A stretch of 42,252 nt of DNA from an uncultured Bacilli bacterium (GCA_944332575.1 CALVKH010000002.1:1-42252); one strand, 5' to 3'; positions 32,995-41,843 are shown, counted from the first letter of the stretch. The notes: a model not told the origin generated them from the letters alone. Numbers and translations are program-made.

Positions 32995-33444
32995 CTATTT
33001 TTTTAACAATTTTTGTGTACATTTGTTCTATATTTTTGTTTTTCCCTTATAATATAAGGATTTTGTTGAAAAAATTAATTTTTTACAACTTTACACTTTT
33101 GAATTTTTTCGTTTTTTCGATTTTTTTGTTTTTCTAATTTTAGTTAAATTTTATATTAAAAAGATTCACTTTTCCTTGATAAATCAAGAAAAAATAACTG
33201 AGTAAAGTAAGATAAACGATATAATTAGATTTATTTTTTGGTTTCAAAAACTCATTTTTTTGTTTTTTAAAAAATTTGTATTTTTGGATTTTTCAGATTT
33301 TTTACGATACAAAAAATCCTTATTTTTTTGGTATTTAGTAAAAAAATCATCAAAAAAAATATGATGTCAAACAGCAATTTTTCTTTACTATTTATTAACA
33401 TCATATGCATAGACAAAATTTGTCGAACAACACCAAAATTATTC

Positions 33445-33470
33445 AACAAAAAAGAGCACTTAGGCTCTTT
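33445..33470 (-). terminator. Intrinsic terminator of hsp20
   Basis: The minus strand reads AAAGAGCctaagtGCTCTTT followed by TTTTGTTG. Confidence 0.65.
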
Positions 33471-33476
33471 ACTTTA

Positions 33477-33869
33477 TTATTCGATTTCAATAGTTTTTTT
33501 AGTTTCAACTACTTCTTTTTTAGGTACAGTAAGTTTTAACATACCATCCTTGAATTCAGCTTTAATCTTATCTGACTCAAGATCACCTAGATAGAAAGAT
33601 CTTTGATATTTACCATAAGTTCTTTCACGTCTTATATAATTTTTCTCCTCATCATTAACTTCATCTTTTTTCTCAGCAGTTACTGTTAAGTATCCATTAT
33701 CAGTTTCGATACTAATATCCTTTTTATCAAATCCAGGAATATCCATTTCGATATGATAATCGCCACCTTTTTCATAAATGTCACATTTCATAGCATTCTT
33801 TTCATCAGTTGAAGCTAAGAAACTATCAAAAAAATCATCTAAATAATATTTTCTTGGGATTATATTCAT
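33477..33869 (-). CDS. Hsp20/alpha-crystallin family small heat-shock protein
   Basis: DIYEKGGDYHIEMDIPGFDKKDISIETDNGYLTVTAEK....ERTYGKYQRSFYLG......IKAEFKDGMLKLTVPK. I prefer the ATG at 33869, which is preceded by AGGAAGGGTGG. Confidence 0.9.
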   Translation of the reverse strand: MNIIPRKYYLDDFFDSFLASTDEKNAMKCDIYEKGGDYHIEMDIPGFDKKDISIETDNGYLTVTAEKKDEVNDEEKNYIRRERTYGKYQRSFYLGDLESDKIKAEFKDGMLKLTVPKKEVVETKKTIEIE

Positions 33870-33893
33870 ATCCACCCTTCCTTTCATAATTAC

Positions 33894-33922
33894 GTTATAC
33901 CACTATAATTAGCACTTGTCAA
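33894..33922 (-). promoter_or_regulatory. Sigma-A promoter of hsp20
   Basis: The minus strand has TTGACA (33922-33917), a 17-nt spacer, then TATAAC (33899-33894). Confidence 0.55.
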
Positions 33923-33935
33923 CACAGTTTGCTAA
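33909..33935. promoter_or_regulatory. CIRCE-like inverted repeat (HrcA operator) overlapping the hsp20 -35
   Basis: TTAGCACTT-N9-GTTTGCTAA matches the consensus TTAGCACTC-N9-GAGTGCTAA at 15 of 18 arm positions. Confidence 0.6.
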
Positions 33936-33982
33936 TTTTCATAAAACTTTCACATTTATATTATGTAACCTAATTATAAAAG

Positions 33983-34663
33983 TTATTCACTAAACTCATT
34001 TTTTATAAATTCGGAAAAATATTTTGGAATATCAGTTTCAAATTCTAATAATTTCTTTGTTGTTGGATGAACTAAAGATAATTTATAAGCATGTAAATAC
34101 ATGTGATTAAACCTATCTTTTACTCCATACTTTTTATCACCAATGATAGGATGATTAATATCTTTCATATGAACTCTTATTTGATTTTTTCTTCCTGTTT
34201 TCAAAGAAATATCAAGGAAAGAATATTTCGTATTTTGATATATAACCCGATAATTAGTTATTGCCTTTTTACCATCATTTTCTTTGAAACTAGAATAAGT
34301 TAAAAGAGTCTTGGTCTCTTTTAACCAGGAAATAATAGTATCACTATCTTTTTCTACATTACCATGAACTATAGATATGTAATTTCTATTTTTCACTAAC
34401 TTATCCCAATTATTTTGAAGCAAAAATTTCAACTTCTCATTTTTAGCAAAAAGAACTACCCCTGAAGTATCTTTATCAAGGCGATGTACAATAAATACTT
34501 TATTGTTCTTGTTTTTTCTTTTTAAATACATATATACCTTATGAAACAAGGTATTATCTTTTTCTTTATCAGTAGAAATCGTTAAAAGTCCACATGGCTT
34601 ATTTACTACAATTAATTCCTTGTCTTCATAGATAATATCTAATCTATCTTTTTTATTCATCAT
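33983..34663 (-). CDS. RluA-family pseudouridine synthase (no S4 domain)
   Basis: LIVVNKPCGLLT and the catalytic HRLDKDTSGVVLFAK, with GRKNQIRVH. AAGGAG lies upstream. Confidence 0.9.
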   Translation of the reverse strand: MMNKKDRLDIIYEDKELIVVNKPCGLLTISTDKEKDNTLFHKVYMYLKRKNKNNKVFIVHRLDKDTSGVVLFAKNEKLKFLLQNNWDKLVKNRNYISIVHGNVEKDSDTIISWLKETKTLLTYSSFKENDGKKAITNYRVIYQNTKYSFLDISLKTGRKNQIRVHMKDINHPIIGDKKYGVKDRFNHMYLHAYKLSLVHPTTKKLLEFETDIPKYFSEFIKNEFSE

Positions 34664-34891
34664 TACTCCTTATTTTTTTCTTAGGTATCTTTATTATTTT
34701 TAAATTAGAAAAAGAATTAACTAAACGTCTACTTAAAATTGATTTTTTAGTTAATACTTCCCTTACTCTTCTAGTAATTTCCTCAGTACTATCTTTTCTA
34801 ATGGAGAAAGCTAAGTGTTTAAAATTAATAATAACCTTAAATGAAATACAAATATCAATTTCACCAAAATTTCACATTACTTTATCAAACA

Positions 34892-35554
34892 TTAAATATG
34901 CAATCTTCGTTCTAATTCATTTTTCATCTGGCGATGATTAAAAATAGCTAAAGCTAAAATAGAAAAAATACTAAATATAACACATATAATAGATGGCCAT
35001 CTAACTACCAATAAATTTCTTAATATAAAATAAAGTGGAACTAAACCTATAAGAGAATTCACATAAATATAGATAACATAATCTCTGAAAATGTTTTTAA
35101 GAAAAATCCTTAAGAAAAATAATACTGTAACATAGGAAATACACAAAAAAGGTAATACATAGGTAACACTCCAAAAATGCCAACCAGTAAAATAATCCCA
35201 TAATATGGAAGCAATAAGGAGTAAAATAACTTCAGCAAACAATAATCTCATAAAATGATGTCTTCTTTTTATTCCAGTAATAAATGTTACCCAAAACGAA
35301 AATATTCCAGCAATAACAAACCAAGACCATCCTATTTTCTTATTAATAATATAATTAATAAAGAAACAAATTACACATCCAAAAATTGATATAAAAAGAA
35401 GTAATTTTAAAACTAAAGTATGCTTAGCATACATATTAGGAATAATAGGAAAAACACTTTCATCCTTATTATCATCTTCTATATTACTTTTACATAAAGG
35501 GCATTTTGGCACATTAGAATTAATGATACAATCACATTTATAACACTTCTTCAT
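34892..35554 (-). CDS. Zinc-ribbon-headed polytopic membrane protein (possibly DUF6320-like)
   Basis: MKKCYKCDCIINSNVPKCPLCKS (CxxC-N10-CxxC) is followed by 6 TM helices. The ATG at 35554 lies 9 nt after GGAGG and inside the end of the upstream gene. Confidence 0.5.
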   Translation of the reverse strand: MKKCYKCDCIINSNVPKCPLCKSNIEDDNKDESVFPIIPNMYAKHTLVLKLLLFISIFGCVICFFINYIINKKIGWSWFVIAGIFSFWVTFITGIKRRHHFMRLLFAEVILLLIASILWDYFTGWHFWSVTYVLPFLCISYVTVLFFLRIFLKNIFRDYVIYIYVNSLIGLVPLYFILRNLLVVRWPSIICVIFSIFSILALAIFNHRQMKNELERRLHI

Positions 35555-36800
35555 AACCATTATCCTCCACTACATTAGTATTAATAGTAACTTTGATATG
35601 TTCTTTTGTTAACTCTTTAAAGAAATTTTTCTGAATTTCTGTATCGATAAAATGAGATGTAAAAGACAATAACATATTATCTAAATAAGAACACATACAA
35701 ATTTGCATACTATCAGTGCTTGCAAATACATCAAATAATTTAATATAGGATTGCAATTCAGAAGGCATTTCTACTATTCCAACATTGGATAAAGCAATAG
35801 TTTGTTCTTTTCTCGATCTTGCATGAAAATACTTCAAAACCAAATCCTTAATAAATACCGGAACAAGCCTAATTACAAATACGTTTTCCAAAACAGCCAA
35901 AGAGTTCATCTGCTGATCTAAATGCTCCTTCGTTAATTTCATTTTAAACTGCTTATCAATATTTTTTATTATTTCTTCTAAATTATCATTACTATCATTA
36001 AATTTATAATCCACAGTTATAGTATTAAAAAAATTTCTTGCTGTATTTGACTTAAAATACTTTCTTAAATTGACTGGGATAGTAACTACAACCGGTTTTC
36101 TTTTATCTTTAATACTCATAGTAGAACCAATACTTTTAATTAAAATACTAGTTAAATACACTGTAACAGTAGTATGATTCCTTTTAGCTAATGTTAATAT
36201 ATCACTAGTTGATACAATTCCTTCTATTACTTTAAGACGATCTTCAGGATATTTATTCCCACTTAAATTATATGCTCTAACATTTTTAGGAATTTTTATT
36301 TTTTTAGATCTTTTATAATATTTTTCAAAACTATCCGCTTCTTTTTCATATAAAGAAGTTGTATCCATTATTATTTGTTTCTTTATTTTATGTTTTATAA
36401 TTAAATAATTAGCAACTAAAGAACGTAAAAAATAAAGTGTCCCTGTTCCATCAGTCAAGGCATGATATACTTCCAAATTTATTCTTTTTCTATAATAAGA
36501 TACTCTAAATAAAAGTTCATTATCAAGTCTATCACAAATAATATTTTCTTCTTTAGTAACTTTGGGATACACATTAGATGACTCTAAATAATACCAAAAC
36601 AATCCTTTTTTTAAACTTGATAAAAACAAAGGATATTCTTCTAATGTTTTATCTAGTGCCTTTTGTAATGTTTCTTCCTCTATATCTTCATATAGTTCAC
36701 AAGCAAATCTAAATACTTTTGGATCTCTTCTATTAGAAGTAGGTGGAAAAATCTTACCAGCATTATCTAATTTATACCATTTTTTATCCTTTCTAGTCAT
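35538..36800 (-). CDS. HxxxDG acyltransferase of the condensation / alcohol-acetyltransferase / WS-DGAT-like superfamily
   Basis: 420 aa. RINLEVYHALTDGTGTLYFLRSL carries the HxxxDG catalytic motif at the expected ~1/4 position. The gene overlaps the esterase gene by 8 nt. Confidence 0.6.
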   Translation of the reverse strand: MTRKDKKWYKLDNAGKIFPPTSNRRDPKVFRFACELYEDIEEETLQKALDKTLEEYPLFLSSLKKGLFWYYLESSNVYPKVTKEENIICDRLDNELLFRVSYYRKRINLEVYHALTDGTGTLYFLRSLVANYLIIKHKIKKQIIMDTTSLYEKEADSFEKYYKRSKKIKIPKNVRAYNLSGNKYPEDRLKVIEGIVSTSDILTLAKRNHTTVTVYLTSILIKSIGSTMSIKDKRKPVVVTIPVNLRKYFKSNTARNFFNTITVDYKFNDSNDNLEEIIKNIDKQFKMKLTKEHLDQQMNSLAVLENVFVIRLVPVFIKDLVLKYFHARSRKEQTIALSNVGIVEMPSELQSYIKLFDVFASTDSMQICMCSYLDNMLLSFTSHFIDTEIQKNFFKELTKEHIKVTINTNVVEDNGYEEVL

Positions 36801-37707
36801 TTACATCACCCAAAAATTCTATTATTTTATTATACGCCTTCATTGTATGCTTTTTTTGTATAGGTTGTGATAAAAAACCATGCATTGCTTCTTTAAAATT
36901 ATAATATTTAACACGATTAAAATATCTTCTTAATCTCTTAGCATAATATTTACCTTCATCTCTCAATGGATCTAAGTCAGATGTTATTAATAAAGTATCA
37001 GGTTGAAAAAATAGCGTTTTAGCTTTTAAAGGAGACACATAAGGGCTCTCTAAATCTTTAGAAGTAGATACATATAACGCCATATATTCCTGTAATTGCT
37101 TTTGCGTTAAAATATAGTCTTTACCATTTTCAATCACCGATTTAAATTTAGTATGATTAGAATAATCACTTTGTAAAGCAGGATATAACAATATTTGCTT
37201 ATTTATTTTAAAATCTTTAGTATATTTGGATTTTAAGGAAATAGCCGCTACTAAATTACCACCAGCAGAATCCCCCATCAAACATATATCTTCTTCTTTC
37301 AATCCTAAAGTCTCTAAATTATCCATAATTAGTTTTACCACATCATAACAATCATTAAATCCATTGGGATAAGGATATTCTGGAGCTAATCTATAATCAA
37401 TAGCTATTACCATTCTTTTGGTTTTTTTAGATAACTCCATACATGTATTAGTGTACGATTCTACTGACCCCATTACCCATCCACCACCGTGAATAAAGAT
37501 AATAGCTTTATGATTATTATGATAATAAAACACTCTAGCTTTTATATCTCTATCACCTAAAAAAAATACAATATCTTCATATTCTTTTTTATTTATAATA
37601 TTAGGATTAATAATTTTCTGTAATTTCCTAAATAATTTATAGTTCTTTTTTATACTAATGTCTCTATTAGATACTGTTTTAATTACTTTAGAAAAAAATT
37701 TTCCCAT
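36793..37707 (-). CDS. Alpha/beta hydrolase, hormone-sensitive-lipase-type esterase
   Basis: Oxyanion HGGGW (IFIHGGGWVMGS), nucleophile elbow GDSAGGNL, DPLRDEG and MHGF complete the Ser-Asp-His triad. Confidence 0.88.
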   Translation of the reverse strand: MGKFFSKVIKTVSNRDISIKKNYKLFRKLQKIINPNIINKKEYEDIVFFLGDRDIKARVFYYHNNHKAIIFIHGGGWVMGSVESYTNTCMELSKKTKRMVIAIDYRLAPEYPYPNGFNDCYDVVKLIMDNLETLGLKEEDICLMGDSAGGNLVAAISLKSKYTKDFKINKQILLYPALQSDYSNHTKFKSVIENGKDYILTQKQLQEYMALYVSTSKDLESPYVSPLKAKTLFFQPDTLLITSDLDPLRDEGKYYAKRLRRYFNRVKYYNFKEAMHGFLSQPIQKKHTMKAYNKIIEFLGDVND

Positions 37708-37718
37708 GCTAACACCTC

Positions 37719-38876
37719 TTAATTAACTTTACTACCAAATGGTTTTGATTTCTCAATATAATTGTTGGATAAATTATATAATTCACTAAGTAAAACATTA
37801 TTGCATTTACATTCATTATCAACTTTAAAGTGTAAGGAAGAATCTAGATCTAATTGAAAACTTTCTATATTAATATTAGAAAAATGATGATCTAACCTTC
37901 TAAAGTTCCTAATAAATTTATCTGTAATATTCCTTTGAATAGTATCATGAGATTCTACCTGTTCTTTTTTTCGATCGATAATTTTTTTAACTTTCGGCGA
38001 AGACATTTGATTTTTATATTTTTCTTTTAAAATTTGATATGATATTTCGACTGCATTCCAACGATTCACTAAAAAATAAGGAACAACGAATTCGTCTACA
38101 TTACTATAATTTTTTATAAGTGGAATAGCTATGGATAAAGCTACCAAGGACCAAGGATTAATAGAATATAAATTTTCAGGATTAGAAATAGGATCTTTCT
38201 CACTTCCTTTTTCATCAAACCCTTCCCCTACTTTTCTTAAAATTCTTTCTATTTTTTTATTATTAGTAGCATTGCTTTTCCCCTGAATAGCATAGATATA
38301 TGCTTTATTATCACTAATGCCATACCGAATGGTAGGAAACTGATAAAGAGTATTACCTAGTTCATCTTCTAATCTAATATTAATACCATAAGGAGTTTCT
38401 TCTACAATACTTTGTTTATCAAGTGAAACTATAACATTTGATTTTAACGTATCAGAATACCCAATATTTTTGCCTCCAACAAAATCAATTAAAGAATCAT
38501 CCAAAATAAAATTGGTATGTCGCTTAAATAACTGACTCAAATCTTCAAAATCAGAAACTAAAGTATTAGCTAATAAACTAGTTATAATATATTTGCTTTT
38601 ATTATTACTATCATTAACCCTAGGATCTAATTGATAAAAATCTTTAGCAACTGCTAAATAAGATACAATATCATTAGTCAATTGTTGTCTATCCTTAATT
38701 AAAACAGTTGGTATCATGGTATTATCAAATGATTTAGCATTAATAATTTCACAGATTTGACCATTTACTAATTCTTTTGTTGAAAAGCAAATAGGGACAA
38801 AAAAGCCACAATCAATATACCCTGTTCCTGCTTCTTTGATTATTTCTTTAAAAAAAATTTGTTCTATATCATCCAT
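37719..38876 (-). CDS. Hypothetical cytoplasmic protein, first gene of the esterase operon
   Basis: 385-aa ORF with no TM and no motif I recognise. It ends 11 nt before the esterase ATG. Confidence 0.4.
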   Translation of the reverse strand: MDDIEQIFFKEIIKEAGTGYIDCGFFVPICFSTKELVNGQICEIINAKSFDNTMIPTVLIKDRQQLTNDIVSYLAVAKDFYQLDPRVNDSNNKSKYIITSLLANTLVSDFEDLSQLFKRHTNFILDDSLIDFVGGKNIGYSDTLKSNVIVSLDKQSIVEETPYGINIRLEDELGNTLYQFPTIRYGISDNKAYIYAIQGKSNATNNKKIERILRKVGEGFDEKGSEKDPISNPENLYSINPWSLVALSIAIPLIKNYSNVDEFVVPYFLVNRWNAVEISYQILKEKYKNQMSSPKVKKIIDRKKEQVESHDTIQRNITDKFIRNFRRLDHHFSNINIESFQLDLDSSLHFKVDNECKCNNVLLSELYNLSNNYIEKSKPFGSKVN

Positions 38877-38967
38877 ATTATCCTCCGTATTGCTATTAAT
38901 ATTATATCATTCATTACTTATTTTTTTAAAATTACTTTAAAAATGATATAATATATTTGGTGATAAC

Positions 38968-39924
38968 ATGGAAAATTTAAAGAAAGTAGAATTGCATTTG
39001 CACTTAGATGGAAGTGTAAGACCTTCTACTATAGCTTCTATATTAAATATGGATGAACAAGATATAAGGAAAAAAGTGTGCACTAATAAAGACACAAAAG
39101 ATTTAAAAGATTATCTAAGCAAATTTGATTTACCTATTTCTGTTATGCAAACAAAAGAAAATTTAACTAGAATAAGTTACGAGTTAGCATTAGATTTAAA
39201 ACAAGATAATGTTATTTATGCTGAGATAAGATTTGCACCTTTATTTCATACGAAACAAGGACTAACTATTGATGAGGTAATCATCGCAGTCCTAGATGGC
39301 TTAAAACAAGTCCCTGTGAAAACTAATCTTATTTTATGTATGATGAGAGGTAGCAGTTATGAAAACAATTATAAAGTCATAGAAACAGCATATAAATTTT
39401 TAAATAAAGGAGTAGTTGGAATCGATTTAGCAGGAGATGAAAAAAATTATCCTGTTGATAATTATAAAGATTTATTTGAAATAGCTAAAAACAAAAAAAT
39501 ACCTTTTACTATTCATGCTGGTGAAGCTGATGATTATAACAGTATAGATAATGCAATAAAATTAGGAGCCAAAAGAATAGGTCATGGTGTTAGAGCTATT
39601 GAAAATGATAACACAATTAAATTAATCAAAGAAAATAATATTACTTTAGAAGTATGCCCTATTAGTAACATAGATACTAAAATATATAAAAATATAAAAG
39701 AGCACCCAATAAAAAAATTATATGATGAAAATATAAATATAACGATTAGTACTGACAATAGAACAGTGTCTAATACCACTTTAAATGATACATATAAAAT
39801 ATTACAAAATACCTTTAATTTCACAAAAGAAGATTTTATCAAAATAAATCAAAACGCAATTAAAGCTGCTTTTATAAGCGATAAAGAAAAAGAATTATTA
39901 TTGAAAGAATTAATCAATCAATAA
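38968..39924 (+). CDS. add: Adenosine deaminase
   Basis: VELHLHLDGSVRP, IRFAP, DLAGDE, TIHAGE, RIGHG and ISTDN are the canonical metal and catalytic motifs. 318 aa. Confidence 0.92.
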   Translation: MENLKKVELHLHLDGSVRPSTIASILNMDEQDIRKKVCTNKDTKDLKDYLSKFDLPISVMQTKENLTRISYELALDLKQDNVIYAEIRFAPLFHTKQGLTIDEVIIAVLDGLKQVPVKTNLILCMMRGSSYENNYKVIETAYKFLNKGVVGIDLAGDEKNYPVDNYKDLFEIAKNKKIPFTIHAGEADDYNSIDNAIKLGAKRIGHGVRAIENDNTIKLIKENNITLEVCPISNIDTKIYKNIKEHPIKKLYDENINITISTDNRTVSNTTLNDTYKILQNTFNFTKEDFIKINQNAIKAAFISDKEKELLLKELINQ

Positions 39925-39934
39925 TATTCTTTTT

Positions 39935-40210
39935 TTATTTATTCACTTCATTATAATAATACATCTCTGATAATTGTTTACTGATTTCTTCAAGTTCAGT
40001 ATTTTCTTCTTCATTTAGTACCTCTTCAAGTTCAAATAATAACGAAGAAAGATTACTATATTTCCTATAATCAATACCATTTTGTTTTAAAACATTAACT
40101 TGATAATCACTAAGTAAAAGGCCATTTTCTCTTCTTTTTAAAAAGTCTTGTTTAACATTAGTTAACTCCATTGCATCTTTAACACTTATTTCTTTTCCAT
40201 TTATTATCAT
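39935..40210 (-). CDS. Small acidic hypothetical protein
   Basis: 91-aa ORF with an acidic C-terminal half (EELEEVLNEEENTELEE). It lies 76 nt downstream of the helicase gene on the same strand. Confidence 0.4.
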   Translation of the reverse strand: MIINGKEISVKDAMELTNVKQDFLKRRENGLLLSDYQVNVLKQNGIDYRKYSNLSSLLFELEEVLNEEENTELEEISKQLSEMYYYNEVNK

Positions 40211-40286
40211 AATTACTCTCCTAATTATTTTTTTGTACTAAATTCATAACACAGTAAATACATTATAACACAAACAATCACGATAA

Positions 40287-41843
40287 TTATTGTTTATAAA
40301 TTTTTAAGCCTTTTTTATATCTAACAATTAATTCTTTTATAAAAATAGAAGGATTATTTTTAGGAACCAATAAATATACTTTATTTTTAGTTCTCGTAAT
40401 CGCCACATAAAATAAACGTCTTTCTTCACTATATGGATATTTTTTATTAGAGTAAGAAACAAATCTTAAAATTTTATCATCTATTATTTGACTGTGGATC
40501 CCTAACAACTTGTTTTCTAAATTAATAATAATAACATTCTCTTCTTCTAGTCCTTTTGATTTATGAACAGTTAAATAATATAAATCAATATTTTTATTTT
40601 CTTTAAAAATTATTTTACCATTACTTTTTAATTCGAATTTTTCATCTAGTATTAAATTAATATCATTATTATTTCTACCCAAAATCATAATTGGCTTATT
40701 ACTAATATTATAGATTCTTAAAATTAAATCACAAAATTCTTTATGTAGATTATCATAATATATTATCTCAATGGGACTATCTACATGCTTATCTGATCTT
40801 AGTTTTTTCTTTATTTGAGATTTATTTCTCATAACAAAATCTCCAGCAATATTAATTAATTCTTGACTATTGCGATAAGTATTTTCTATTTTCATTATTT
40901 TAGCATCGTCAAAGAATTGTTCAAAATTAATAAATAAAGATAAATCACAGCCAGTAAATCGGTAAATAGATTGAAAATCATCTCCAACTACCATCAGTTT
41001 AGCATTTGTTTTAGCTAAAATAGTTTTAATTAAATTAAATCTAACTATAGAAGTATCTTGATATTCATCTATAATTACATATTTATAATTATTTTTTATT
41101 CCAGATTTATCAACTACTTTAGTAGCATTAATAATCATGTCATCGAAATCTATTTCATTATTCTCTTTTAAATAATTTTGATACATTAAATACAAATTAA
41201 GAGCAAAACTTAAAAATATTTTTTCTTTTCGATATTTAAAATAAAATACTGTTTTTCTAGCTTTTTTCAAAAACATTGAAAAATCCTCAAGTGAATAATT
41301 ATTACATTTGAATAATCTTAAAAAAGTTGATAAAAGTTTTTCAAAAGCAATTATTTTATCGTAGTTATTATAATAAAACTTTTTATATGTTTCTTTTAAC
41401 TTAGATGTAGATTCTATATTCAAATATTTAAATAACTTTTTCAAATAAATTGGATAATCATAAATATTTATACTAAAAAATTCATGAATGATATTTTCTA
41501 AAGTATTATCATCCGCAATTTCATAATCATTAATATGATGATCTTTTAATATTTCTAGGGATAACTTATGAAAGGTATATACATCCATATTATAGTTAAA
41601 TTCTTTTAATATTTTATCTTTCAGGCTATTAGCTGAAGCTCTAGTAAAAGAGATACACAATATTTCACTAGGTAAAACGTTTTTATATTTTATTAAATAA
41701 TTAATTTTCCCTAAAATAGTTAAAGTCTTACCACTTCCTGCCCCTGCTACTACTAGTAAATTTTGACTTTCATCTAAAACTATAGCTTGTTGATTATTAT
41801 CTAAATAATACCCACTTATTTTATCGTTCACACATTTCACCAA
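40287..41843 (-). CDS. Short UvrD/Rep-like superfamily 1 helicase
   Basis: LDNNQQAIVLDESQNLLVVAGAGSGKT (Q motif and motif I), VIIDEYQDT (II), VGDDFQSIY (III), NYRNS (IV), TVHKSKGLEE (V/VI) and YVAITRTK. At 518 aa it is much shorter than PcrA/UvrD. Confidence 0.88.
   Translation of the reverse strand: MVKCVNDKISGYYLDNNQQAIVLDESQNLLVVAGAGSGKTLTILGKINYLIKYKNVLPSEILCISFTRASANSLKDKILKEFNYNMDVYTFHKLSLEILKDHHINDYEIADDNTLENIIHEFFSINIYDYPIYLKKLFKYLNIESTSKLKETYKKFYYNNYDKIIAFEKLLSTFLRLFKCNNYSLEDFSMFLKKARKTVFYFKYRKEKIFLSFALNLYLMYQNYLKENNEIDFDDMIINATKVVDKSGIKNNYKYVIIDEYQDTSIVRFNLIKTILAKTNAKLMVVGDDFQSIYRFTGCDLSLFINFEQFFDDAKIMKIENTYRNSQELINIAGDFVMRNKSQIKKKLRSDKHVDSPIEIIYYDNLHKEFCDLILRIYNISNKPIMILGRNNNDINLILDEKFELKSNGKIIFKENKNIDLYYLTVHKSKGLEEENVIIINLENKLLGIHSQIIDDKILRFVSYSNKKYPYSEERRLFYVAITRTKNKVYLLVPKNNPSIFIKELIVRYKKGLKIYKQ

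Noticed and set aside
32931-33476. NrdR boxes or a cobalamin riboswitch upstream of nrdD
   Set aside because: I looked for two 16-bp acaCwAtATaTwGtgt-like palindromes and for a G/C-rich B12-box core on the transcribed strand. Only loose matches appear (for example ACACAAAAATTGTT), and they fail the palindrome test. The region is far too AT-rich for a B12 aptamer. A PWM or Rfam scan would be needed to be definitive.
34653-34871. A 72-codon open frame on the minus strand in the 228-nt gap upstream of the RluA-family gene (NFGEIDICISFKVIINFKHLAFSIRKDSTEEITRRVREVLTKKSILSRRLVNSFSNLKIIKIPKKK...)
   Set aside because: The frame contains no ATG, GTG or TTG and has no Shine-Dalgarno, and I recognise no motif (it does not read as an S4 domain). 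It may be a relic or chance openness in AT-rich DNA. I do not report it as a gene.
456-39842. Twenty track ORFs of 60-153 aa lying antisense to or inside stronger genes (456-641, 3182-3382, 3683-3880, 7649-7846, 8425-8664, 9874-10164, 11100-11357, 11646-12107, 12531-12962, 20017-20226, 20887-21240, 22111-22416, 25441-25698, 25807-26058, 30403-30702, 30444-30635, 33267-33449, 33328-33594, 34103-34303, 39582-39842)
   Set aside because: Each overlaps a gene with clear family motifs on the other strand, or sits in low-complexity intergenic DNA. Their products are low-complexity (S/T/F/L/I/N-rich), and they lack ribosome-binding sites. Long antisense ORFs are expected in DNA this AT-rich.
38968-39924. 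Adenosine deaminase as a RADAR-like or nucleotide-depleting defence deaminase next to the helicase
   Set aside because: The protein is a canonical 318-aa Add with all housekeeping motifs and no extra domains. It is transcribed divergently from the esterase operon and convergently with the helicase unit. Nothing suggests it is more than purine salvage.
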